From Promethearchaeum syntrophicum (GTDB taxonomy: Archaea > Asgardarchaeota > Lokiarchaeia > Sigyniarchaeales > Promethearchaeaceae), in the NCBI RefSeq assembly GCF_008000775.2, contig NZ_CP042905.2:2430001-2462000 (forward strand): a stretch of DNA of 32,000 nucleotides. Direction: 5' to 3'. Under the pieces are notes generated by a model. That model saw only the letters and a list, made by a program, of their open reading frames with translations, was not told the DNA's origin and made no database searches. Within the stretch, counting starts at the first letter, position 1. The number at the start of each line of letters is the position of its first letter. Shown one piece after another: positions 15,344 through 24,859 of this stretch. The translations under genes and the position numbers were made by a program.

Positions 15344-15372
15344 TAGGTTATCATCTCGTTAAAAATGTATAA

Positions 15373-15858
15373 TTATAATGCATTAATTCTTACTAAATAT
15401 GAATGAATTAAAACTGCCATTTTATCATCAAATTTCTGATATATGGCTTGATTTGTTAACATTTTATCAATTTGGGTTTTATATTCATTATAAAACAAAT
15501 CTAAACCTTTATGAATCTCTTCATCCAAAAAATCTTGTGTCATATCAGGGCGGAATAAAATTGTGAGTATTAAATCATGTTCTGCAACAATATTCATGGT
15601 TAAATTTAAACCTTCAACAAAAATTCTTTTAATATCACCAATATTTTCTTCTCCGAATAAAGAGAGAGCACTTATAAAATTTGACATCAGATCAAGATTC
15701 AATGATTTCTCCTTTTGGAACTGTTTCGAATATAAAATATCTCCGCCTTTCCTAGCAATAAAAATTCCCAAAAGATATTTATCCAATATCCTTTGGATCT
15801 TTAAATTCATTGTATGTATCTCATTAGAAACGCGAAAATATGTTTTTATTTGTTCCAT
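15373..15858 (-). CDS. Hypothetical protein with predicted Roadblock/LC7- or longin-like alpha/beta core plus C-terminal helices
   Basis: ORF track starts at GTG 15870; the ATG at 15858 gives MEQIKTYF. The pattern is LLGIFIARKGGDILYSKQF (beta hairpin), then DLMSNFISALSLFGEE (helix), then IKRIFVEGLNLTMNIVAEHDLILTILF (beta strands). This resembles Roadblock/longin modules. The fold assignment is by eye only. Confidence 0.35.
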   Translation of the reverse strand: MEQIKTYFRVSNEIHTMNLKIQRILDKYLLGIFIARKGGDILYSKQFQKEKSLNLDLMSNFISALSLFGEENIGDIKRIFVEGLNLTMNIVAEHDLILTILFRPDMTQDFLDEEIHKGLDLFYNEYKTQIDKMLTNQAIYQKFDDKMAVLIHSYLVRINAL

Positions 15859-16083
15859 AGTAAACAGCACTATATGATTTAATCAATATCTATTTGATCA
15901 AATTAATATTTAATTAAAACGTTTACCCCTTTTAAAGGATATCCTATGAAAAGACATAGGAAAAATCGGAAAGTAATTGTAAAATATTATATCTCAAAAA
16001 GATGAAATTGAAGCTGAATTTCAAAAAAAATTAAATTTACTAAATGAAGCAAGGGCAATATTGAATTTTTCTATTTTAATATA

Positions 16084-17346
16084 TCAAATGGGTATACAAC
16101 CCCATTCTTTATTTTCCAAATTCTCGATTGCATAATTTATGCAAGTAAATAAAGCTAAAGTTGCAATGTCTTTTTTATTATCGGTTTTTCTGAATATTAA
16201 CGGTGCTGATTGGAGGATGTCAATTAAATCATTATAGGAAAAATTCGAATCTTCAAGTTTTACTTTTAATTGTATTTCAGCTTCATTTTGACGATCTTTT
16301 GAGTAATTTGGATCTACTAGAAATTTCTGCCACGATTCATTTACAAATGTATTTGTTCGCACTATACTTATTGGAGATAAAATATTTGTGTTATTTGGCG
16401 CTACATCAACTGCAAACATGTTAGTATTATCAATTATAATTGAAGTAAATCCTATGGATTGATTATTCCCAATAATTTCATAAAATAATTCAACATATGA
16501 ACTTGCGTTTTGAGATTGTTCAAATGCCAATCTTGTTCGACAAGATGTGGGAATCATCATTGAGGAAATTACATTAGTTTTAATTATTGTAGTTAACACA
16601 GAGACACCATTTTCATTTTTTCCTATTGGAAAATTTAGTGCTGCACCAAATTTTATACCAAAAATTGCAGGATTATTTCCCAATTTATGTAAAACAAAAC
16701 TAGTACAAGATTTGAATATTAATGTAAAATCGAAATTTTGTCCAAAAACAGGAAAACTTCCATTATTCATAACTGAAATCGCCGTACATCCTAATGGATC
16801 TATCTCAATTTCTTCTGTCTTTTCAGGAATAATTTTACCATAGAGGATATCAAACCATGTGTTTTGGATTAGGATATCATTAAAATTTATGGTGATTCCC
16901 AAACTGTTAGTTGCTCCTTCTGCAATCCCATTCATTTCATCAATATGTTCTCTCGGGATAAAAGGAACATACTCTAAAGCTAGTTTTTTTAAATCAGAAT
17001 AGGATGTATCAAATTGAGGACTCATTAGAAGAAGTAAATTCTTAAGTGAAAATATCTGTTTATAGAGATTTTTACCTGTTAAGTATCCTAAATCATATGA
17101 ATTTTCTGCAGATACATAAAGATATGGTTGAGAATTACTTTCTTTCCATTCAGCTTCACCCTCAACGTGTCTTAGTGAAAATATCCTAGTACTACCATAT
17201 AAAATCATAGTTATAATTATAAACATCAAGAAAATTGATAGGATTTTGTTTGAACGTTTCGATTTCATAGAACCATTTTCAATAGATTTGATTTTACTAA
17301 TTTTAATCTTATTTTCTTTCGATTTTTTAACTTTAACTTTTGACAT
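16084..17346 (-). CDS. Membrane-anchored Ntn-hydrolase of the peptidase C45 (acyl-CoA:6-aminopenicillanic acid acyltransferase-like) family
   Basis: It has an N-terminal Lys-rich segment and a TM helix (ILSIFLMFIIITMILYG). The putative autoprocessing site is DPLG|CTAISVMNNG, followed by FGQNFDF. This is the Gly-Cys nucleophile context typical of C45. Confidence 0.55.
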   Translation of the reverse strand: MSKVKVKKSKENKIKISKIKSIENGSMKSKRSNKILSIFLMFIIITMILYGSTRIFSLRHVEGEAEWKESNSQPYLYVSAENSYDLGYLTGKNLYKQIFSLKNLLLLMSPQFDTSYSDLKKLALEYVPFIPREHIDEMNGIAEGATNSLGITINFNDILIQNTWFDILYGKIIPEKTEEIEIDPLGCTAISVMNNGSFPVFGQNFDFTLIFKSCTSFVLHKLGNNPAIFGIKFGAALNFPIGKNENGVSVLTTIIKTNVISSMMIPTSCRTRLAFEQSQNASSYVELFYEIIGNNQSIGFTSIIIDNTNMFAVDVAPNNTNILSPISIVRTNTFVNESWQKFLVDPNYSKDRQNEAEIQLKVKLEDSNFSYNDLIDILQSAPLIFRKTDNKKDIATLALFTCINYAIENLENKEWGCIPI

Positions 17347-17523
17347 ATATATTGAAATTCAAATAAAACAATTTAAAATCCGATAAAACAATTCATAAAC
17401 CCTTATTAAAAAATGTTATAAATCAAATTTACTCAATTATTAATGTTTAAAATTTAATTTAATTGAGATATAAATATTCAAATCTCCAAAATAAATATAT
17501 TAGGTAAAGATATTAGGAAATTG

Positions 17524-18075
17524 ATGAAAAATCTTAATATTAATCCGTTCCCAATATTGAGATCTGAAAGATTAGTTTTACGCAAATTAGAAGTTAAAGA
17601 TGTCCCTTTATTTTTTGAATATCAATCAAATAAACAAAATTTCTTACATGTTGATATGCCTATATTTACAGATATAACACAAACATATACATATATAAAA
17701 GAAAAAAATGAAACAGTTGAGCAGAATAAGTGGATATTGTGGGCAATAACAGATATTAATTCTGATAGAATATTTGGAACCATTTCAATTTGGAATTTCA
17801 ATTTAGAAGAGGAAAAAGCAGAATTCGGTTATGGATTATTTCCCGGTTCTACAGGGAATGGATTTATGACAGAAGCATTGTTATGTACCATTGATTATGG
17901 ATTTCAAGAATTAAAACTGAAAACCCTTGAAGCATATACAAATATTATGAATGATAAATCTATTAAACTTTTAAAATGCACTAATTTTAAATATGATTCA
18001 AAAATTCAAGAAGGTTCAGGGATTTTAGCGATATATAAGATCGAAAAAAAAAAAAATTCTCGAAAAAAAAACTAA
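17524..18075 (+). CDS. GNAT N-acetyltransferase, RimJ/RimL-like (Acetyltransf_3)
   Basis: The TTG at 17521 is immediately followed by an ATG at 17524. LRSERLVLRKLEVKDVPLFFEY is the typical RimL-type N-terminus. Other matching segments are FGYGLFPGSTGNGFMTEAL and LKTLEAYTNIMNDKSIKLL. Confidence 0.8.
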   Translation: MKNLNINPFPILRSERLVLRKLEVKDVPLFFEYQSNKQNFLHVDMPIFTDITQTYTYIKEKNETVEQNKWILWAITDINSDRIFGTISIWNFNLEEEKAEFGYGLFPGSTGNGFMTEALLCTIDYGFQELKLKTLEAYTNIMNDKSIKLLKCTNFKYDSKIQEGSGILAIYKIEKKKNSRKKN

Positions 18076-18094
18076 AAATCATGTGAAAATCTCT

Positions 18095-19183
18095 TTATTT
18101 CTTTAACCTATATTGCAAAAGAGATATTGTAATAAAAATAGCAACAAATATACCTAACCCATACCCAGAAATTGTTTGGTTATTTGAAAAACTCCATTCT
18201 ATTATTTCCACTCCATCCTCTATGTCAGCAACATAAACAATATGATCACAAATTTCAACATCAAATGGTTTACCACCATCAGAATAATGACCAATTTGTA
18301 CAAGAGAATTTGGGTTCGAAACATTAATTATATGTAATCCCGTTTCACTGTCAGCAATATAAGCAATATTGTTATTGACTTGTAAATCACAAGGATCTCC
18401 TTCCATAGAAAAACTGTTTACTAGTATAGGATTAGATAAATTTTTCATATCGTATATATAGAGCCCCTTTTGAAATGAATTATCTGTAAAATAAGCAAAA
18501 TCATTTTCAACATAAACACCAAAAAATCCTGTATCTTGGTTAAGTTTTGAGATACAATTAACACCAATAGGATCACTAACGTTTAGGATTTCATATCCAA
18601 ATTCATAATCAGCAGCATATATTGTTTTATTTTTAGCAAACAAATTACTAGGTTTACCTCCTCCATTAAATGTCGTAATTCTATATGGATTGCTAGAATC
18701 ACTAACATTAATTATTTTTATTCCACCGGTACCGGTTTCAATAGAACCATGATCTGAGAGATAAGCAACATTTTCCATAATTTGTACATCCACAATCGCT
18801 CCTGAATCTTCAAAATTACCAATATTTATTGGATCTGCTAGATTGCTTATATTATAAACTTTTAATCCTTCAAATACTACAGCTAAATATGCTAAATCTC
18901 CGACAATATCGATTCCATTAGCTCTTCCAGCGGAAGAATCATGATATAATTCAATTGGGTTAGACGAATCGGATACATTGTATATAAAAAATCCATTAAG
19001 GTCGTCAACGATATAAGCAATATTATTTTCAACTACTATATCCATTACTTGGCCATTTGTATCAATTACACCAATTTTCTTTAATTTTAATTCAGATTGA
19101 GTAGCGGAACCAGTCATAAATCCGTTTATCATCAATGTAAACATGATAATAAATAACAATCTTGCCTTTTTTATCATTTTCAT
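18095..19183 (-). CDS. LVIVD-repeat beta-propeller surface protein (signal peptide plus C-terminal TM anchor)
   Basis: ORF track starts at TTG 19204; the ATG at 19183 gives MKMIKKARLLFIIMFTLMING. There are at least 7 repeats of the type AYIVDDLNGFFIYNVSDSSNPIEL, AYIADSETGLHIINVSNPNSLVQI and VYVADIEDGVEIIEW. The C-terminal hydrophobic helix is GLGIFVAIFITISLL. Confidence 0.75.
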   Translation of the reverse strand: MKMIKKARLLFIIMFTLMINGFMTGSATQSELKLKKIGVIDTNGQVMDIVVENNIAYIVDDLNGFFIYNVSDSSNPIELYHDSSAGRANGIDIVGDLAYLAVVFEGLKVYNISNLADPINIGNFEDSGAIVDVQIMENVAYLSDHGSIETGTGGIKIINVSDSSNPYRITTFNGGGKPSNLFAKNKTIYAADYEFGYEILNVSDPIGVNCISKLNQDTGFFGVYVENDFAYFTDNSFQKGLYIYDMKNLSNPILVNSFSMEGDPCDLQVNNNIAYIADSETGLHIINVSNPNSLVQIGHYSDGGKPFDVEICDHIVYVADIEDGVEIIEWSFSNNQTISGYGLGIFVAIFITISLLQYRLKK

Positions 19184-19227
19184 CAGTTTTTTTTTAATTA
19201 ACAAAAAAAAAAAATTTTAGAAATTGT

Positions 19228-20115
19228 TTACTTGGTTAAGTATTGAGTGCTGATTTTTTCTTCTTTCCTAGCAATACTACGTAAAATCTTCATTTCTCTA
19301 TCATTTTCGTCAGTATAGCCAATTGAGATATGATCTTTTTTCCATCCATCTTTTTCAGCCAATTTTAACAAGTGATCGAATAAAAAGACTATCACTTCTT
19401 CCTTTTCTAATAGAGTGAATACTGTTGCTAAAGCCAAATTGGTGGTTTCTTCCCCTTCAGTAGGTTTTCGTGATGCTCCAGCTCCGATTAACGTTTCCCC
19501 TTCGTAAACTAGGTAAAAAAATCCACTATTAATGGTTGTTTTAAGAAATTCAGAAAAGCGATCATTTCGTTCATTAGGATCAGTTTTAAAAGCAAGGTTC
19601 CGACAAGTATAAATGGCTTCAAAATCAGCAATAGTTGCTTTGCGAATAGTGTAATTATATGGAGATCTATCAAATTTGGCGATAGTTGATAAATCAAATT
19701 CAAATTGAATAGTATTTCGATCCAGCACCATATTATGGTCTTGGGCTAGTTTTTCCATTTTTGGTTCCAAATTGGTATTTATTAGTAATTTCAAGTCAGT
19801 GTCTCGAGAATCCATATAATTGAATAGATCATTAACAAGTTTCTCTTTTACTTCATTAGGACATTCAGGGGTTGCCCAAGGTCTTCCCAAATGAACTTGT
19901 CCTAACTGAGGATAATCTCTAGCTTGGATATATGCCAATGGTTTATTCTCGGAGGAAAACGCATAGATCACGGATTTAGGATCAATTTTTTCTTGTTCAA
20001 AACGTTCTTGAATTTCTTTTCCAGTGACCGTGCGATTATTATTCATGCTATATAGTTTTCCTTGGATTTCTTCTAATCCTTCATTAGGTGCATAGTTTTT
20101 ATATATGATATTCAT
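19228..20115 (-). CDS. Hypothetical protein, possibly a two-lobed GNAT-like acyltransferase
   Basis: ATG start, 295 aa. The C-terminal half (YTIRKATIADFEAIYTCRNLAF...FFYLVYEGETLIGAGAS) resembles a GNAT core. I do not see a canonical Q/RxxGxG/A acetyl-CoA motif. Confidence 0.3.
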   Translation of the reverse strand: MNIIYKNYAPNEGLEEIQGKLYSMNNNRTVTGKEIQERFEQEKIDPKSVIYAFSSENKPLAYIQARDYPQLGQVHLGRPWATPECPNEVKEKLVNDLFNYMDSRDTDLKLLINTNLEPKMEKLAQDHNMVLDRNTIQFEFDLSTIAKFDRSPYNYTIRKATIADFEAIYTCRNLAFKTDPNERNDRFSEFLKTTINSGFFYLVYEGETLIGAGASRKPTEGEETTNLALATVFTLLEKEEVIVFLFDHLLKLAEKDGWKKDHISIGYTDENDREMKILRSIARKEEKISTQYLTK

Positions 20116-20381
20116 TTTTTTTAACCTATTATCAATTTTTATGTATCAATAAAAAAAACATTAATTTCCAAACATATAATTTGTACATTAATTTTAAAAC
20201 GTTTGGTTTTGTATTTTTTTTGTCTTCCTAATTTCTTTAAATTTCTATTTAAATATCTGTTTATAATAATTCAACGATATATTTATTTAAATCATCAGAA
20301 AAATATACAGAAAAAAAAAAATGTCCTTAAAATTAGTTCAAAAGTTTTTCTACGACCAATAGAAGTGGACTAAAGAAAATT

Positions 20382-21584
20382 TTAAATAATTTTAAGTTTT
20401 TTACCGACTTTTTCAATAGCTGTTAATGCCATATCTAAATCTTCACGCGTAAGTAATGCATTCATTTGTACTCTAATTCGAGATAATTCTTTGGCAACCA
20501 TAGGAAAAACGATAGGCGTTCCATAAATTCCTTCTTCTCTAAATAATGTGTCTGCCATTTCTTGAGCTGGACCAGGATCCCCTATAATTAAAGGTATGAT
20601 AGGAGTACAAGAATTACCAGTGTTAAAACCTAAATTATCTAATTTTTCTTTGAAATAATTTGTATTAATCCACAGATTCTTTACATGTTCTGGTTCAGTT
20701 TCAACAACAGAAATTGCAGCATTATTAGCAGCAACAATTGCAGGAGGATGAGCTGTACTGAGTAAATAAGAACGACTTTTATTTGTAACAAATTCACATA
20801 AATCTTTTGAACCAGCAACAGTTCCTCCAAAAACTCCAAACCCTTTACTAAGTGATCCCCCTTCTACATGAACTCTTCCTTGTAAATTAAAATGAGCGAC
20901 AATTCCTCGGCCATTTCCAAGCATTCCTTCACCGTGACAGTCATCTACGAATACCATAGCACCGTAATCATCGCAAGCATCTGCAATTTTATCTAATGGG
21001 GCCATATCGCCATCCATCGAAAAGACTCCGTCTGTAATGACAAGAATTCTTCGTGCATTTTCTGAATCGGCTTTCTTCAAGACTTTTTCCAATTCACCGA
21101 TATCATTATGTGCATAAACACCTTTCGTAGCTTTAGTTAAGCGTACACCATCAATAATTGATCCATGGTTGAGTTGATCGGAAATGACATAATCTCCTTT
21201 TCCAACCAGTTGAGGAATAACTCCTTGGTTTACAGCAAATCCAGTTTGACACAGTAAGGATGCTTCCACGCCTTTAAATTTCGCAAAATGCTCTTGGAAT
21301 TGCTTAGTTAAATCAAAAGTTCCTGCAATGGTGGGAACTGCACCTGCACCTATTCCATATTTATCAAGTGCATCACGAGCAGCTTGAATAATTTTTGGGT
21401 GGCTGGCTAAACCGAGATAATTATTTGTATTAAGCATTAAAACTTCTTTTCCGTCTACAATTGAATGAGGTTTAGATCCAACTTCTAAATGTCTGATTAC
21501 CCAATTCAAGTGATTATCATAAAGATTTTTAACTTCTTCCTTAAGAAATGCTTCAGGTTCTCTTTTCATGTTAAATTTCACCAT
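20382..21584 (-). CDS. kbl: 2-amino-3-ketobutyrate CoA ligase (glycine C-acetyltransferase), PLP-dependent alpha-oxoamine synthase family
   Basis: Matching segments are NNYLGLASHP, SDQLNHGSIIDGVRL, ITDGVFSMDGDMAPL, VDDCHGEG and GSLSKGFG (PLP lysine). These closely track E. coli Kbl. The divergent neighbour is a threonine dehydrogenase. Confidence 0.85.
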   Translation of the reverse strand: MVKFNMKREPEAFLKEEVKNLYDNHLNWVIRHLEVGSKPHSIVDGKEVLMLNTNNYLGLASHPKIIQAARDALDKYGIGAGAVPTIAGTFDLTKQFQEHFAKFKGVEASLLCQTGFAVNQGVIPQLVGKGDYVISDQLNHGSIIDGVRLTKATKGVYAHNDIGELEKVLKKADSENARRILVITDGVFSMDGDMAPLDKIADACDDYGAMVFVDDCHGEGMLGNGRGIVAHFNLQGRVHVEGGSLSKGFGVFGGTVAGSKDLCEFVTNKSRSYLLSTAHPPAIVAANNAAISVVETEPEHVKNLWINTNYFKEKLDNLGFNTGNSCTPIIPLIIGDPGPAQEMADTLFREEGIYGTPIVFPMVAKELSRIRVQMNALLTREDLDMALTAIEKVGKKLKII

Positions 21585-21816
21585 ATTAAAAGACTCTTGC
21601 TTTAATTTCTAATAATTTAGTAGATATAAAAAATTAAATAACTGCAAGATTTCAATTATTGATAAATACTTGTAGAATAAGAATATTTTCTTTGAGTTTT
21701 CTCTTCCCATCAATTTGGGAAAACGTCAAATCATCATCTTTAAATTATGCGAAAAAAAGCTATAAGCAAGATCCTTGATAATTTAACATTATATGTAAGT
21801 TTAAAAGTGAGAAGAT

Positions 21817-22776
21817 ATGAGTGAATTAAACAAAATTTTAGTTATTGGTGCAGTAGGACAAATAGGAAGTGATTTGGTCCCAGCGCTACGTAAAAAATAT
21901 GGAAAAAATAACGTTATTGCCACTGGTAGAAGAAGTCAACCATCAAAGAAATTGCGTGAATCAGGACCTTTTATTTACTTAGACGCTTTGGATATTGATA
22001 CCTTGAAGAAAGTTGTTTTCGAGAATCAAATTGATGTTATTTATCATTTTGCTTCGGTTTTATCAGCAACTGGAGAAAAAATGCCTCAAACATCATGGGA
22101 CTTGAATATTAATAGTTTAATTAATGTTTTAGAAGTTGGAAGGCGATATGGGGTTAAAAGAATTATCTGGCCATCATCGATTGCAGCATTTGGACCAACA
22201 ACTCCTAGAGAAAATACTCCAAATGATACAATTTTACAACCAACAACCATGTATGGAGTCACTAAAGTTTCGGGTGAATTATTATTGGAATATTATTATA
22301 AGAAATACGGTTTAGACACCAGATCCATGAGACTTCCAGGTATAATAAGTAGTGAAACGCTCCCGGGAGGCGGAACTACAGATTACGCAGTTGCCATCTA
22401 TTATGAAGCGATAAAACAGAAAAAATACACATGTTTCGTAAAAGAAAATACGGTTCTTCCTATGATGTACATGCCAGATTGTATCAAATGTATGATAGAT
22501 CTAATGGAGGCTGATCCCTCAACCCTTGAACACCACGTATTTAACGTTACGGGAATGAGCTTTTCTGCAGGTGAACTAGCCGCTGAAATCAAAAAACATA
22601 TTCCTGAATTTGAAATATCATATGCCCCCGATTTTAGACAAGAAATTGCAGATTCTTGGCCCATGTCAATTGATGATTCTTTAGCGCGTAAAGAGTGGAA
22701 CTGGCAACCTTCATATGATTTAGGTTCGATGACAGAAGATATGCTTGAAGTTCTTGGTAAACGACTAAAAACTTAA
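21817..22776 (+). CDS. tdh: L-threonine 3-dehydrogenase, NAD-dependent, GalE/SDR-like type
   Basis: The N-terminal Rossmann motif is ILVIGAVGQIGSDLVPALRKKYG. The catalytic YxxxK is MYGVTKVSGE. PGIISSETLPGGGTTDYAV is typical of the short-chain (UDP-galactose-4-epimerase-like) TDH family. It is paired with kbl. Confidence 0.85.
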   Translation: MSELNKILVIGAVGQIGSDLVPALRKKYGKNNVIATGRRSQPSKKLRESGPFIYLDALDIDTLKKVVFENQIDVIYHFASVLSATGEKMPQTSWDLNINSLINVLEVGRRYGVKRIIWPSSIAAFGPTTPRENTPNDTILQPTTMYGVTKVSGELLLEYYYKKYGLDTRSMRLPGIISSETLPGGGTTDYAVAIYYEAIKQKKYTCFVKENTVLPMMYMPDCIKCMIDLMEADPSTLEHHVFNVTGMSFSAGELAAEIKKHIPEFEISYAPDFRQEIADSWPMSIDDSLARKEWNWQPSYDLGSMTEDMLEVLGKRLKT

Positions 22777-22846
22777 CAAATAACACGAAATATAAATCAA
22801 CTTTGAAATTAGTTTTTTTCTTATTTCTAATACTAAAATTTCATAA

Positions 22847-23779
22847 ATGAAACCTTTTTTCCTTTGGAATCACTTTATATTCTGGGAGAAAAAAATATTG
22901 CTTAAAGAATTAGATAACTCACAAGATCTTATCCGTGAAAAAATTCTTCAAAAATTGAATGATTTTAATCATTCGAATATTAAATTTGAAAATCTCTTAT
23001 TAATTATTTCAGAAATAGATATTAGATCCTTAATTTTTGCATGTTTTATTGAATCGCCGATTATTTTCATAGAAAATGATTTTGAGCATCAACGATTAAT
23101 AATATTGATTACGGTCCTGAGAAATATATTTCCAAATATGCTTGAAACTTGTTTATTCTTCTCTCCTGAAGAATATTTAAAATATTCAAAAGACTATCCA
23201 AGTGAAATTCGTAAATTTACAATATATAATCTTGTTTACAAATTAAGCGTTAATAAACCATTTTTAGATTCCCAATCAGAACCTTTCCAAAAAAATATTA
23301 GAGAATTGTGCTACACTAATGCGGAATTAAATTTAAATCAATGTAGGATTAAATTTGAGAAATTAACCAAATTCTCGGATAAAATTTTAGATTATCCTGA
23401 AACAAAGAGTGAAAAACTAGCAGAAATTATGAAAAAAAAATATCCTGAAAATAAAGTTGTATTTACTGGAGAAAATATTTCACTCATGCGAGAGCGTTTA
23501 AAATTTAACCATTTTTATTCTTATCCAGATTTAAGATCTTCAGTTGGACCAATTTATATATGGAATGATAGCATTGAAAAATCAGACATAAATGCCATTT
23601 CAAATGTCATAGAAAAATTATGTTTAAATGTGATATACGAACATCATAAAATTTCCACTATAGATTTACTTGGGCATTTACAAAAATTTGCTATTGCGAA
23701 AATGGCTAAATTGAACCAAAATTCGCTTATAGAACTTCTCCAGAAATATATAGAAAAAGCTTGGCTTATAAAAAAATAA
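22847..23779 (+). CDS. Hypothetical cytoplasmic protein (310 aa), no family recognised
   Basis: A long ORF with an ATG start in a stop-rich, AT-rich background. No TM segments are seen. The C-terminal approx 70 aa look winged-helix-like (KISTIDLLGHLQKFAIAKMAKLNQNSLIELLQKYIEKAWL). Confidence 0.5.
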   Translation: MKPFFLWNHFIFWEKKILLKELDNSQDLIREKILQKLNDFNHSNIKFENLLLIISEIDIRSLIFACFIESPIIFIENDFEHQRLIILITVLRNIFPNMLETCLFFSPEEYLKYSKDYPSEIRKFTIYNLVYKLSVNKPFLDSQSEPFQKNIRELCYTNAELNLNQCRIKFEKLTKFSDKILDYPETKSEKLAEIMKKKYPENKVVFTGENISLMRERLKFNHFYSYPDLRSSVGPIYIWNDSIEKSDINAISNVIEKLCLNVIYEHHKISTIDLLGHLQKFAIAKMAKLNQNSLIELLQKYIEKAWLIKK

Positions 23780-23818
23780 GATAATATTTATAAAATAATA
23801 GGTAGTAACAGAACTATT

Positions 23819-24142
23819 ATGGAACCAATTCAAGTGTTGTCGCTTGTTTGTTCGAGTATTGGCGCCGTTCTTTTTCTTGTTGCAGTAATTTTCGAATTAA
23901 AAATTATAAAGAAACTTAAACAAATAAAGAAGTCAGTTTCATGGAATATTCTAACTTTCTTCACAATATTCTTTATTCTGGGATATGTTGTAAATATTGT
24001 GAGTATTATTGGTGAATTCCTTGTTCTTCAACAAGTTTTTGGGGCATTAGTGTTTCTATTCGGAGCAATTTTTCTTTTATTAATAATTATTGTCAGTTAT
24101 AATACTTATGGAGCAATATTCGACGCAGCAGAGACTTCTTAA
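23819..24142 (+). CDS. Small integral membrane protein (3 predicted TM helices)
   Basis: 107 aa with three hydrophobic stretches: VLSLVCSSIGAVLFLVAVIF, ILTFFTIFFILGYVVNIVSIIG and ALVFLFGAIFLLLIIIV. Confidence 0.5.
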   Translation: MEPIQVLSLVCSSIGAVLFLVAVIFELKIIKKLKQIKKSVSWNILTFFTIFFILGYVVNIVSIIGEFLVLQQVFGALVFLFGAIFLLLIIIVSYNTYGAIFDAAETS

Positions 24143-24206
24143 ATAAAATAAAAGATTTTTCTTTTTTCTTTTCCTTTTTCTTCCATCATTGAATTAGTGT
24201 TAAATT

Positions 24207-24854
24207 ATGAAAATTGATGAACAAAAAATTCATATTAAAGGTCTTGTTGGAAATATTGAAGCGCAGCTAATCAAAAGTCATCCAAATCAAAATAATGATA
24301 TAGGAATTATTGTTTGCCATCCTCACCCTCAATATGGAGGTACCATGGCATTCCCTGTTGTAAGAACGTTATACAAAACCTTTGGAAATCTAGGATATCT
24401 GTCTGTAAGATTTAATTTTCGAGGAGTGGGAAACTCAGAAGGAATATCTGGAGATGGAACAGGTGAACGGGATGATTTAATTTCAGTTTGTAAATTTGTA
24501 CTAAACGGAAATTTTGGAATTAAAAGCTTATTAATTATAGGTTATTCTTTTGGAGCGACAATAGGTGCGTCAATTGTTAGTTTATTTACTGAAATATTGG
24601 GATATGTTGCAATATCTTATCCTTTTTCATTTATCCCTCAATTTATTCCACACGCACATGTAAATAAACCGAAATTTTTTATTATTGGAGATAGGGATGA
24701 TTTTACAACATTAGACGTTTTTCAAAAAGAGTACAGCAAAATGCCAGAACCCAAAGATATTAAAATTTTTCCGGATGTTGATCATTTTTGGAGTGGTTCT
24801 GAAAATATACTAACCAAACCAATTATAAATTGGTTTAATAACAACTTTAAGTAA
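24207..24854 (+). CDS. Alpha/beta-fold hydrolase (COG2945-like)
   Basis: Matching segments are GIIVCHPHPQYGGTM, LSVRFNFRGVGNSEG and the nucleophile elbow IGYSFGA, with a C-terminal DH (PDVDHFW). These match the COG2945-type predicted hydrolases. Confidence 0.8.
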   Translation: MKIDEQKIHIKGLVGNIEAQLIKSHPNQNNDIGIIVCHPHPQYGGTMAFPVVRTLYKTFGNLGYLSVRFNFRGVGNSEGISGDGTGERDDLISVCKFVLNGNFGIKSLLIIGYSFGATIGASIVSLFTEILGYVAISYPFSFIPQFIPHAHVNKPKFFIIGDRDDFTTLDVFQKEYSKMPEPKDIKIFPDVDHFWSGSENILTKPIINWFNNNFK

Positions 24855-24859
24855 ATAAT

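Noticed and set aside
22847-23779. Faint resemblance of LIFACFIESPIIFIENDFEHQRLIILITVLRNIFPN to the core DENN-domain motif (..E..I.F.S....L......L..L..P).
   Set aside because: It rests on a handful of hydrophobic positions in a single segment and is far too weak to call without a profile or structure comparison. It is kept only as a reason to run HHpred.
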